A stretch of DNA of 63,999 bases, counting the filler, from Chiloscyllium plagiosum (taxonomy: Eukaryota): assembly GCF_004010195.1 (NCBI RefSeq). It is 5 parts of one record of this genome, joined end to end, with 100 filler letters (N's around TTAATTAATTAA, not from the genome) between each part and the next. Parts side by side here need not be neighbours in the genome. Positions count along the whole stretch, not along the records: positions 46,959 to 59,818 come from NC_057711.1; positions 59,919 to 63,999 come from NC_057711.1; 3 more parts are not named here. One strand, given 5' to 3'. The notes under the pieces are model-generated. The model saw only the letters and a program-made list of their open reading frames with translations. It did no database searches and was not told the origin of the DNA. Below, piece by piece: positions 52,540-63,999 of this stretch (position 1 is its first letter; every line of letters begins with the position of its first letter). The position numbers were made by a program, and so were the translations under genes.

Positions 52540-53880
52540 ACTAACCTGGAGCAGTGTTCTAGAGCTGTAAAACTGTGCTATTTTCTGGGTCTGTAGATTG
52601 TTAAGGTGCAAAGAAGGCCTTTAGTTGAGTGAATGTGCTCTTCCTGTCAGATGTGGGAGCTTAGGAGAATTTCAATGTTCCTGATGATTATGTCTGCAGG
52701 AAATTGGTTTGGTTATGAATCCTATGGGATCGCATTAATTGGTTGGAGCAGCAATTAGAGGCAATGAGGATTTTTTCCGAGCTAGAGGGTGTGATGGATG
52801 GTGGTTGCAGGAAAGTAAAAAATCACAAATACAGTCAGGTAGACGGGTTACCACCAGAAAAAGTTGGAGAGGTGAGAGGTAGTGCAGGAATATCCTGTGT
52901 CTATCTGCATCTCAAATAAGTATGCTGTTCTGCAAAATGTAGGGGTGATGGTCTCTCAGGTGAATGTAGCTCTGACAGCCAGATTTCTGGTACTGAGACT
53001 GACTCTAATGTGATGAGTAATATGACAGGTTCCCAGCAACCGATTATGGGTTAAGGACACTGAGTTGGCAAAAATCCTGCTCCTGTGAAATTGACCTTTA
53101 AAAATGGCTGCCTGCATTTTGAGTTTTTGGTCAAGAAGGGATTGAGCTGGATTGGGAATCTGGCCAAGTGACTTGGACAGACTCTGAGGCTGCCTGGTTC
53201 TCAAAGTGTTTGGGTGGCTGAAATAACTCCATGAAGGCTGATGCCTCATTGCCCATATGGTGGCTCAGTGGTTAACACTGCTACCTTGCAGCAGCAGGGA
53301 CCTGGGTTCAATTTCATCCGTGAGCTTCCACCCTGTGTCTATGTGGGTTTCCTCCAGGTTCTTTCGTATACACCCACATTACAAAGGTGTTTAATTAGGT
53401 GGATTGGCTATGCTAAATTACTTATAGTGTCCAGGAATTGCAGGCTAGGTGGATTAGCCATGGGAGGGTCGTGGTGGATGGTTGCTTTTCAGACTGGAGA
53501 CCTGTGACCAACGGTATGCCACAAGGATCGGTGCTGGGTCTACTGCTTTTTGTCATTTAAATAAACGATTTGGGTGTGAACATAGGAAGTATGGTTAGTA
53601 AGTTTGCAGATGACACCAAACTTAGTGGTGTCATGGATAGTGAAGATGGTTATTTCAGAGTACAACAGGATATTGATCAGATGGGCCAGTTGGCTAAGGA
53701 GTAGCAGATGGAGTATAAATGTGAGGTGTTGCATTTTGGAAAGGCAAATCAGAGCAGCACTTATACACTTAAAGGGTAAGGTCCTGAGCCTTGGTGTTGA
53801 ACAAAGAGACCTTGGAGTGCACGTTCATAGTTCATAGGACATTGGGTTAGGCCACTTTTGGAATACTGCGTGATGTCTGA
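52540..53880 (+). mobile_element. Decayed CR1: ORF1 (52540-53045) and ORF2 RT (53475-53880), separated by the left arm of an inverted repeat
   Basis: PDDYVCRK...LEQQLE...ISNKYAVL (ORF1, like 59331); G.PQGSVLG.LLF...KFADDTKL.G (RT). Confidence 0.8.
53046..53470 (+). repeat. Left arm of an inverted repeat: ~210-bp leader plus HE1-variant SINE
   Basis: 53046-53269 equals the reverse complement of 55653-55876 with 5 mismatches in 224 bp. Confidence 0.9.
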
Positions 53881-53967
53881 AAGGGGAAACAGTGGTGGAC
53901 AGAAATAGGCATTAGTTGGCATCGAGATATATGGAGCCATGTGGGATAGGCAAAGGGTATTAGGTTG

Positions 53968-54141
53968 AAAATGTGTTGCTGGAAAAGCGCAGCAGGTCAG
54001 GCAGCATCCAGGGAACAGAAGAATCGACATTTCGGGCATAAGCCCTTCTCCTATTCCCTGGATGCTGCCTGACCTGCTGCGCTTTTCCAGCAACACATTT
54101 TCAGCTTTGATCTCCAGCATCTGCAGACCTCACTCTCTCCT
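53968..54141. mobile_element. Short palindromic Penelope-derived insert with a 17-bp target-site duplication
   Basis: CAAAGGGTATTAGGTTG at 53951-53967 and 54142-54158; ~55-bp inverted arms around a truncated hammerhead-like segment. Confidence 0.82.
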
Positions 54142-55160
54142 CAAAGGGTATTAGGTTGCATGGATTGACTCAGGGAGTATGTGATTGTGAAGAAGAATGA
54201 GACAGTTGAGGATGACGCCTTGATATTTCTTCCCTTTCAGAAAGTAACATATCCTTTTGGATCTGGACATGGTGCAGCTTTGGTGGAGGTAAAATACCCT
54301 TCGGAAGAGGTAAGGCAATCTTTGGGATTGTGAAAAGACAGGCTTGTATGTTAAAAATGCACAAACTTAGGAGACTTGCAATTTTCAAGAAACTGTCTAA
54401 AAAAATGTAATTGCAAACTGTTCTGCTAGGTATTTGCCAGTGTCTTGTTATAGAAAATCATTGAAGGATTTGTGTTGCACGATTGATTTCCTGAAACCAT
54501 AATTTCACAACAGGAGGCCTATTGATGGATAGGTCCACCCACTTATTGAATGGAAATGTTTACTGACAAAAGGTTGTTAAGTACTTGAGTGAGATGCTTA
54601 TTGACACAGGGTATCATCCACAAGTTAAATGTTTACTTACATAAGTCATTGAACGTCTAAGTGAAAAATTTGTTCTCATAAGGAATTTGTTCTTGCAATT
54701 TAGTTGCGTTGATGCTTGTTTTGTAGCAATGAGGCTGTTTCTTTTCAATAGTGACACAATGCACAGACTGGTAACTTTATTTTCTGTTCTGCTCCTATTG
54801 ATTGATGCTCATTCTAGATAATAGGCACGTTGACATGAAAAGGAAGGGCAAAGGGTTGTGTGCGGGAATTGAGTTGGCACTGAGTTGGACATGGAGCTGC
54901 AAAGGCTTTGGGATGCTTGGGGCAGATGGGATTTGTGATATCATGAAAGATAGGCATTGGTGGCACAGGAATCATGAAAGGCCATGGAGGATGGATAGAT
55001 GGCAATTGGTTGGCACAGGGTATATAATGGGTCTAGGTGCAGGGGTATAGGTTGACCTGGATGTAGCAGAGAGAGAGGGGAGTGACAGGTTGAGAGCAGG
55101 AGGGATGTTTTCTGTTAAAATCTTTACATCTAAAGATTGCAAATAGTGCTGAACTCTCAC

Positions 55161-55360
55161 TGTAGTAACTGGAAGGAGGTCAGCTAGGTGGACCTCATAG
55201 AATATAAGTTCCCTCACTGGGACTGTTAATCTGGTCCAATCAGGGAGTCCTGGCTGATAGATATAAACTGGAGTGTCAATGGTTCTGCTCACTCTAGGAG
55301 CAAGCTCTGAGTTACCTGGATCAGTGTTGTGCACTATGCACATATAAATAAATAGAGTAG
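55161..55360 (+). mobile_element. Short LTR-like repeat, same family as 5101-5395
   Basis: TGTAGT start, GATATAAA TATA-like box, AATAAA. Confidence 0.55.
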
Positions 55361-55364
55361 AAAC

Positions 55365-55876
55365 CCTCACAATGTGGAAGCAGGCCATTCAGCCCATCAA
55401 GTCCACAACAACCCTCTGTGGAGCATCCAATGCAGATCCAGCCTCTACCCCTCCCATGGCTAATCCACCGAGCCTGCAATCCCTGGACACTTTGGATAAT
55501 TTAGCATGGCCAATCCACCTAATGTACACATCTTTGGACTGTGGGAGGAAACCCACACAGACACAAGGAGAATGTGCAAATTCCACATGGGCAGTTGCCT
55601 GAGGGTGGACTCAAACCCAATTTCCTGGTGCTGCCAAGTAGCAATGCTAACTACTGAGCCACCATATGGGCAATGAAGCATCAGCCTTCATGGAGTTATT
55701 TCAGCCACCCAAACACTTTGAGAACCAGGCAGCCTCAGCGTCTGTCCAAGTCACTTGGCCACATTCCCAATCCAACTCAATCCCTTCTTGACCAAAAACT
55801 CAAAATGCAGGCAGCCATTTTTAAAGGTCAATTTCACAGGAGCAGGATTTTTGCCAACTCGGTGTCCTTAACCCAT
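55365..55876 (-). repeat. Right arm of the inverted repeat: leader plus full HE1-variant SINE
   Basis: See 53046; SINE head at ~55600-55670. Confidence 0.9.
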
Positions 55877-56021
55877 GAATTAAAATAAATGGACCAAGTA
55901 TAAAACTGGCTAAAGCAGCAGTTGGGAAAAGCATTAAAATCTGTGGTGTGACCAGTGAAGCTGTGGAATCGCAGGGGTAGTAGCTCTCCTCTCACCTTGG
56001 TGGTAAACAAAGCATGTTCCT

Positions 56022-57527
56022 CAGGTGAAAGTGAGGACTGCAGATGCTGGAGATTAGAGTCGAGAGTGTGATGTTGGAAAGCACAGCAGATCAGACAGCA
56101 TCTGAGAAGCAGGAGAATCAACATTTCGAGCAAAAGCCCTTAGTCAGGAATGAGGCTGTGGGCCGAGGGAGTGGTGGGATAACTGGGAGGGGGGTGGGGC
56201 TGGGGGGAAGGTAGCTGAGAGTGTGAGAGATAGATGAATGCCTGAGACAAGAGTTTCCAAATACTAATCTATTCAGAGCTGTGTCAGGGATCTTCTTCAT
56301 ATCAGAATCCCAAGAAAAGTTTCAAAGACAGATTCAAAACATCCAAAAGAGTCTGTTTCATTAATGTCAACACATGGGAAGCAGATGCCCAAGGACAAAC
56401 GTAAATCATAAATGGCTTCAAGACCTTCCAAAAAACAAAAGTAGCCATTGAGAAAGAACAACAGGAGACTGGAGTTAGTAGGCGCTCAAGTCAAAAGTCA
56501 TTAACATCTCTATCAGCCCACGAGGGGTGGAGTGGATAGCTCATGAGGGTGCTGCCAAGTTTGAAGGTTGAAACTAGGATAAGGTGGGGGGGGGGGAAAT
56601 GAGGAAACTGGTGAAATCCACACTGATGCCATAGAGTTGGAGCATCCCAAGGAGGAAGATGAGGCATTCTTTCTCCAGATTTTAGGTTGTTAGGGAGTGG
56701 CGATGGAGGAGGCACAGGACCTGCATGTCCTTGACGGAGTTGGGTTGAAGTGTTTGGGCATGGGGTGGTGGGATTGGTTGGTGCGAGTGTCCTGGAGATC
56801 TTCTCTGAAGTGCTGTGCAAGTAGGTGTCCTGTCTCCCCAATGTAGAGGAGACTGCACCAGGATACAGTAAATGACATGTGTGAAAGTGCAGGTAAAATT
56901 ATGATGGATGTGGAAGATTCCGTTGGGGACTTGGACGGAGGTGAAGGGGGGAGATGTGGGTGCAGGTTTTGTAATTCCTGCGATGACAGGGGAAGGTGCC
57001 GGGAGGGAAGGGTGGGTTGTCAGGGGCTGTGGAGCTGACAAGGAAATCATGAAGGGAATGGTCTTTACAGAAAACAGATAGGAGTGGGAAGGGAATTATA
57101 TCTCTGGTGGCAGAAATGGCGGAAGATGATGCGATGTATACAGAGGTTGGTGGGGCGGAAGGTGAGAACTGCGGGAGGGTTCTGTCCTTGTTGCAGTTGG
57201 CGGGATGGGGTTTGAGGGCGGAAGTGTGAGAAGTGGATGAAATACATTGGAGGGCATCATCAACCACATAGGAGGGGAAATTGCAGTCTTTAAAGAAGGA
57301 GGCCATCTGGTGTGTTCTGTGATGGAACTGGTCCTCCTGGGAGCAGATATGGCAGAGGCGGAGGAATTGGGATAGCATTTTTACAGGAGGCAGGGTGGAA
57401 GGAGGTGTAGACTAGGTAGCTGTGGGAGTCGGTGGGTTTGTAGAAGATGTCAGTGTTGAGTCGGTCACCATTAATGGAGATGGAGAGGTACAGGAAGGGG
57501 AGGGAGGTGTCTGAGATGGTCCAAGTG
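56022..57527 (-). mobile_element. 5'-truncated Penelope-like element (RT C-terminus, GIY-YIG endonuclease, terminal repeat) with a 13-bp TSD and a nested RTE-like 3' fragment (~56240-56515, + strand)
   Basis: FTWTISDTSLPFL...DIFYKPTDSHSYL; FTC...VIYCI...LYIGETG (GIY-YIG); AAAGCATGTTCCT at 56009-56021 and 57528-57540. Confidence 0.9.
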
Positions 57528-57663
57528 AAAGCATGTTCCTTGCCTACAGTGGTAGGAAACAAGATGATGCCACCTAGTTTGATAAATTGTTTGATGGTTT
57601 CCAACTCAGTTTCCTCAATGGCAATGTTTAGTGGTCTATATTCATCTTGGGGTGCAGGACTTT

Positions 57664-57971
57664 AGGTTTAGATTCCCTACAGTATGGAAACATGCCATTT
57701 AGGCCCACAATTCACAATGACCCTCTGAAAAGTAACCCACTCAGACCCATTCCTCGACCCCATATTTACCCCTGACACTGTGGGCAATTTAGCATGGCCA
57801 ATTCACCTGAGCTGCACACCTTTGGATCGTGGGAGGAAACCAGAGCACTCTAAGTAAACCCACGCAGTGGGGAGATTATGCAAACTCCACACAGACAGTT
57901 GCCTGAGGTGGGAATTGAACTCAGGTCCCTGACGGTTTGAGGCAGCAGTACTAACCACTGAGCCACCGTGC
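57664..57971 (-). mobile_element. HE1-type SINE
   Basis: CACGGTGGCTCAGTGGTTAGTACTGCTGCCTC head. Confidence 0.88.
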
Positions 57972-58980
57972 TGTTTCTTTGCCAAGTGGTGTCTCCCTAT
58001 AAAAGCTGCTGGCTGGTATGAATTTCTAACCTGGCAGCCAATCAGCATTTAAACCTGATTACCTGCACATATATAGATTGCTGCCCAAACATATATAGGT
58101 TAGAATTATTATCAGGCATGAAAACCAGGTTTGTGCGATAATATGATAGACAATGACATTACACAAGCATAATAACATACAAACTGAAATGCCATGTCAA
58201 CAGGAAGATGGTTATCTATGCAAAATTTATAACATAATGTAAATGCTTATGATGGTCACTGAAGTGAAAAATTATTTGCGGATGCGCAGACTCCTTTTTG
58301 TACTGATGCCAATTAAGACAATAATATTGATTGAAAAGATTGTCATTTGCAATCTGCAGCATTTGCAAACTATATTGATATAATGTTTAGTTTTGTTGTA
58401 CCAAGAAAACTGGTTTGAGTTTGTTCATTTTGAACGAACAAGGGTGAAACTCATAAACCAGTCTCAAGTAAGAGTATTAAGGAGAACAAATCCTGTGAAT
58501 TCTCACATTTGAGAATATTTTCAGGTCAGAGGTTTCTGCTGTGGACAATCTGACATTTTTCATAGATAAATGGAATTTGGAACCAGCCTTAAAATAAAGA
58601 ACAGTTTTGGCCAGAGAGAAGGAATCATGTTACAATTTGAAATGTTCAAGCTCGATCTGGTAGTGAACTGCTTAACAGTCAAATGCTAAGCCAAAAGCCT
58701 ATTAGAACAGAAGTGGTTTCAGATGAAGTAGATGTTGTTATAGTTATCTCTCTGTCCTTCCCTTCCTTCAGATTTATCATATCATTCATCATGCTGTCAA
58801 AACCACTTCACCATAATTGATGTTGCAGTTTTAATGAAAGCAACAAAACTATTTCAATTTAATTTAAAATTACAGCTCCAGAATCTGTGTATTCTGGCTT
58901 AGATATGTCTATACCTTCACGGACCCTAAGGTGTGAGGTAATAGTGGGTATACAATAGAGATAGCTTAATGTGGGACGTA

Positions 58981-59058
58981 GGGTATGGGGTGTGGGGTGT
59001 GGGGTGTGAGGTGTGAGGTGTGAGGTGTGAGGTGTGAGGTGTGAGGTGTGAGGTGTGG
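58981..59058 (+). repeat. Heptamer microsatellite (GGTGTGR)n
   Basis: About 11 units, shifting from GGTGTGG to GGTGTGA. Confidence 0.9.
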
Positions 59059-59139
59059 TGGATGTTCAAGGACATTTTAAACATTTATTTGACCATTTAT
59101 GTACATGTAAGAACCTGAAACATTAACTCGGATTTCTCT

Positions 59140-60533
59140 TTTTCACAGCAGAGAGCGGCGCGAGCAGGTCGGAAGTGAAGTTGGAGCGCAGAGCTAGTCG
59201 GGAAGGTAAGTGATTGATATTTGAGTGGGTGTATTCTAGACCCTAGGACCTACATAGTAGGGCCTCCCTCCCATCCTCCTTCTCTAACCTAACTTTAAAG
59301 TCCGCAGGTAAGCTACTCAGTGTTCTTGTTTTGGAGAGGAAGTGTAGAGTAATGGCAGCGCAGGCAGTGGAATGTTCCTCCTGCAGGATGTACGAGGTAG
59401 GGGTGACCACCGATACACCTGCCGACTTCATCTGCAGGAAATGCAGTCAGATCCTGCTCCTCACAGAACGAGTTAGGGAACTGGAACTGGAGTTGGATGA
59501 ACTGAGGATTATTCGAGAGGCTGGGAGGGTGATAGATAGAAGCTACAGGGACATAGTTACGCCAGAGAACAGAGGTAGCTGGGTAACAGTTAGATGTGGG
59601 AAGGGGAGGAAGCAGGCAGTGCAGGGATCCCCTGTGGTCATTCCCCTAAACAATAAGTATACCGCTTTGGATACTGGTGGGGGGGACAGCCTAGCAGGGG
59701 TAAGCTGCAGTGACCGGGTCCGTGGCGCGAGGTCTGGCTTTGAGACTCAGAAGGGAAAGGGGGAGAGGAGGAGAGCGCTAGTTATAGAAGACTCTTTAGT
59801 TAGAGGGATGGACAGGCGNNNNNNNNNNNNNNNNNNNNNNNNNNNNNNNNNNNNNNNNNNNNTTAATTAATTAANNNNNNNNNNNNNNNNNNNNNNNNNN
59901 NNNNNNNNNNNNNNNNNNTTTGGTATGCTTTCTTTTATTGGTCAGAGTATTGAGTACAGGAGTTGGGAGGTCATGTTGCGGCTGTACAGGACATTGGTTA
60001 GGCCACTGTTAGAATATTGCATGCAATTCTGGTCTCCTTGCTATTGGAAGGATGTTGTGCAACTTGAAAGGGTTCAGAAAAGATTTACAAGGATGTTGCC
60101 AGGGTTGGAGGATTTGAGCTATAGGGAGAGGCTGGACAGACTGGGGCTGAGGGGTGACCTTATAGAGGTTTACAAAATTATGAGGGACATGGATAGGATA
60201 AATAGACAAAGTCTTTTCCCCAGGGCTGGGAGTCCAGAACTAGAGAGCATAGGTTTAGGGTGAGAGGGGAAAGATATAAAAGGGACCTAAGGGCCAACCT
60301 TTTCACGCAGAGAGTAGAACATGTATGGAATGAGCTGCTAGAGGAAGTGGTTAGAGGCTGGTGCAATTGCAACGTTTAAAAGGCATTTGGATGAGTATAT
60401 GAATAGGAAGGATTTGGAGGAATATGGGCTGCATGCTGGCAGGTGGGACTAGATTGGGTTGGGATATCTGGTGGGCATGGGTGGGTTGGACCGAAGAGTC
60501 TATTTCTGTGCTGTACACCTCTATGACTCTATG
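59140..60533 (+). mobile_element. Probably full-length CR1 LINE spanning a linker: 5' UTR, ORF1 (zinc finger, coiled coil, start of SGNH), gap, ORF2 C-terminus and tail
   Basis: CSSC...FICRKC...VRELELELDELR...LVIEDSLVRG before the gap; LVRPLLEYCMQFWSP...RGDLIE after it; (CTATGACT) tail. Confidence 0.85.
59819..59918. other. Artificial gap/contig linker
   Basis: N44-TTAATTAATTAA-N44. Confidence 0.97.
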
Positions 60534-60754
60534 ACACCAAGAAAGGTGTGTCCATAACATTGTGTTGAGTATCAGCCTACAAACTGTGTCGACATACGCC
60601 AATGACAGTCAGTATGAGTGGGTGACATTCCTGGTCAGCATGTGATGGAAACATCATTGGGTCCTCAGCCTTCACCTTCCATAGATCCATGTAACATGTA
60701 TTTTGACAAAGCTAACTGTCTTTCCTGAGTGAATTGTAACTTACCACCACCTCC

Positions 60755-62130
60755 TTTGGACAAATCCAACCTGACCAATTACCACCCCATCAATCCACTC
60801 ATATCATCATAAAGTAATGAAAACTGTGACATCTACAGTGCTATCAAGCGTCACCTGCTCAGCAATAACCTGCTCAGTGATGCCCAGTTTGGATTCTGCC
60901 AAGGGCACTCCGGTTTTTACCTTATTACAGCCTTGGTTCAAACATGGATGAAAGACCTGAATTCCAGAGGTAAGGTGAGAGTGACAGCCCTTGACATCAA
61001 GTCTGCACTCGACCGAGTGTGGGATCAAGGAGCCCTAGCAAACCTGGAATCAATGGGTGTCAGAGGGAAAACTCTCCAATGGTCATACCTGACACATAGG
61101 AAGATGGTTGTGCTTATTGGAGGTCAGTCATCTCAGCTCCAGGACAACTCTGCAGGTGTTCCTCAGGGTAATGTTCTCAGCCTGACATTACATCAATGAC
61201 CTTCCCTCCATTATAAGATTGCAGTGAGGGTGTTTGCAGATTACTGCACAATGTTCAGCACCATTCATGACTCCTTAGATACTGAAGCAGTCCATGTTCA
61301 AATGCAACAAGACCTAGACAATATCCAGGCTTGGAATGACAAGTGGCAAGTAACATTTGCGCCACACAAATGCCAGGCTAGGACCATCACCAATCAAAGA
61401 AAATGTTATGACCACCCCTTGACATTCAGTGACATTAACATCACTGAAGCCCCCATTATCAACATCTTGGGGATCATCATTGAGCAGAAACTCAACTGGA
61501 CTCACCACATAAACACAGTGGCTATAATATCAGGTTAGAGGTTAGGAATGCTGTAGCAAGTAACTCCTGACTCCCTAAAGCCTGTCCACCATCTGCAAGG
61601 CACAATTCAGGGGTATAATGGAATGCTTCCCATCTGCCTGATGAGTGCAGCCCCAGCAACATTCAAGATGCTTGACACCATCCAGGACCAAGTAGCCCGC
61701 TTGATTGGCACTACATCCACAAGCGTCCACTCCCTCCCTCACTGATGCTCAGTAGCAGCAGTGTACACTACCTACAAGATGCACTGTAGAAATTCACCAA
61801 AGATTCTTAGACAGCACCTTTCAAATCCATGACTACTTCCATCTTGAAGGAAAGGGCAGCAGACATATGGGAACACCACCATCTTCAAGTTCCTCTCCAA
61901 GCCACTCAGCAGTCTCACTTAGAAATATATCACCATTCCTTCACTGTTGCTGCATCAAAATCATGGAATTCCCTCCCCAAAGGCATTGTGGGTCAACCTA
62001 CAGTTGGTGCACTGCAGCGGTTCAAGAAGGTAGCTCACCACCATCTTCTCAAGGACAACTAGGGACAGGCAATAAATGCTGGCCCAGCCAATGATACCCA
62101 CATCCCACAAATGAATGTATTTTAAAAATC
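60755..62130 (+). mobile_element. CR1/L2-group LINE ORF2 RT through 3' end
   Basis: NY.PI, QFGF, VRVTALDIK.A.DRVW, GVPQG.VL, FADY, LDNIQAW..KWQVTFAP.KCQ; tail 'ggcaataaatgctggcccagcca...atgaatgtattttaaaaa'. Confidence 0.9.
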
Positions 62131-63674
62131 TGCAATGGAGATGACATACTACGTATGGGTGCGGGGGACAGACTTGTTATGATTGGTTCAACTTGTTTAC
62201 ACTATTAGAGAAATAAGAAGCATTATTTTTTAATAGTGTGTTAGTCAGAATTTGCTGTAATTCTAAATTATTTGACTCAGTTAATTCAATATGCTATAGA
62301 ATTTAATCAGGGCAATGGCAGCAGATATAAGGAAACACCACCACCTTCAAGTTCCCCTCCAAGGTATTCACCATTATGGTTGGGAGTACACTGGCAAAAG
62401 ATAAATGTAATGTTGTGAAAATTAAATGCATGGCATGTCAATGTTTGATGAAATGGTAGAATGAGTTAGATGAATCTGAACAGAACATTTGTTATAAGTG
62501 AAAAATAAAATTAATCTTCTACCATCTCCTGACAGAAAATCATGGAAGCTTATTAGTTCTAAATTGCTGAACAATGTATTATGCAATACTAATAAGCACT
62601 GTTTTCACATAAATCTGCTTAAAGTGATGCTCCCTGGCATCAGATATGGCAGTAGCATTACCACCAATGAATACTCAATACCCAGTATAGTCGGATAAAT
62701 ATCCATTGTGGGAAATTAGTTGATTATGTTGTCACTGTCAACTGTCCCTTGATTTAAGAATTAAATTTCCTCATGTTGACCTGGCTTCAAGTTCAGCTTT
62801 AAGAGGCAGAGCGTTGTATTGAATTTGACTTATGCTTGAAGAAAAGCTTTCTCTTGTATACATGAGGAATATGTTCCTGTGCAGATTATGACCAGATGCC
62901 TATAAATTGATTTCAATCTCTGAAACATTTTCTTTTGTTGGATTTTACATTTGGTCAGGTCAATTACAGCATCAAATCTTATCATCTCCATGAGAAACAC
63001 TCTGTACATTAGATGAATGTAACTCTTTTTATTGTGCTATCACTGATCAGTTATTACTGTAGTGTAGGACAATTTAACTTGCTTTTTTGGATGACAGTGA
63101 TAAGTATGAGCATTAAACAGAGGAGTTCAGTTGACATCTGTATCCTACTTAAATTTTATCATCGTGGATTATTGGGTGAATGTAATAATGCCCCATAATA
63201 AGTCAGTTCCTTTTACAACTTACTATTCTGCTGTATGGAAACATAATTTGTTTTGTTATCAACATAGTACAAAAGACTTGTATGGTTTTGGAGTGGAAGC
63301 GGTGATAAACAGTTTTTCAAAAATTGTGCAATACTTTCTGATGATTGCAGTCTGGGTAAGCAGTATTTCATGTCTTGCAGTAGGTACTGGCAATTTTATT
63401 AAAAATATATAGAGAAAGAGCTAACTGACAAAAGAACTTGAGGTGACGTGCATTAACAATTTTCACACAGCAACTAGTTCCAAAGCAAGTCACACTGCCT
63501 GCAATGGTAATGGAAGTAGACTCAATAATATGTTTCAGATGGGGATTGGATAAATACACAAAGGGGAAAAAACTACATATTTTTGGAAAAAGGATTGAGG
63601 ACTTGGTCTAGTTTGGTAGCTTTGCCAAAGAGGTGACACAGACAAGATGGACTGGATAATTTTGCCTTAGAACC

Positions 63675-63999
63675 AAAGAGTCATAGAGATGTACAGCACA
63701 GAAACAGACCCTTCAGTCCAACCAGTCCACGCCGACCAGATATCCCAACCCAATCTAGTCCCACCTGCCAGCACCCTGCCCTTATCCCTCCAAACCCTTC
63801 CTATTCATATACCCATCCAAATGCCTCTTAAATGTTGCAATTGTACCAGCCTCCACCACATCCTCTGGCAGCTCATCCCATACACGTACCACCCTCTGCG
63901 TGAAAAAGTTGCCCCTTAGGTCTCTTTTATATCTTTCCCCTCTCACCTTAAACCTACGCCCTCTAGTTCTGGACTCCCCGACCCCAGGGAAATGACTTT
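63675..63999 (-). mobile_element. CR1 (HER1-type) 3' end running off the window
   Basis: Reverse complement of 10680-10998. Confidence 0.92.

Noticed and set aside
52956..55888. Two near-identical ORFs (M.HQPSWSYFSHPNTL...) as a novel small gene family
   Set aside because: They are translations of the inverted-repeat arms; all five DNA differences are scattered, four change amino acids, and the ORF ends differ.
58981..59058. CRISPR-like or telomeric repeat
   Set aside because: Simple 7-bp tandem repeat with no spacers, and not TTAGGG.
59331..59818. Host zinc-finger/coiled-coil gene
   Set aside because: It is CR1 ORF1: it leads into the SGNH G/EDS motif and is homologous to 649-1326 and 52600-53045.

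Overview
This is eukaryotic, TE-dense genomic DNA from a cartilaginous fish, inferred from HE1-type tRNA SINEs, CR1/HER1-type LINEs and a SacSINE1-like DeuSINE. It is five segments joined by four artificial 100-nt N-linkers centred on TTAATTAATTAA, so true gap sizes are unknown. Host genes I can support are all on the minus strand: the last two coding exons of GNAQ (34764-34917 and 25573-25763) with a ~3.5-4 kb repeat-free 3' UTR, and one internal 159-nt exon of a PRUNE-family (DHH exopolyphosphatase) gene (7695-7853). Nearly all other ORFs in the track are TE remnants: CR1, L2, L1, Rex1, RTE, Penelope-like elements, Gmr1-like Gypsy with integrase upstream of RT, PIF/Harbinger and Tc1/mariner-type MITEs. 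I see no prokaryote-style novel system. The best candidates for something unusual are: (1) short palindromic Penelope-derived inserts with 13-17 bp target-site duplications, one with an intact minimal hammerhead-ribozyme core; (2) a PRUNE exon in PRUNE2-like genomic context that keeps the PRUNE1-type metal-binding Asp; (3) a 224-bp ~98%-identical inverted repeat whose adjoining SINE halves are far more diverged. TE boundaries are approximate unless stated. Family names come from recalled motifs, not database searches.
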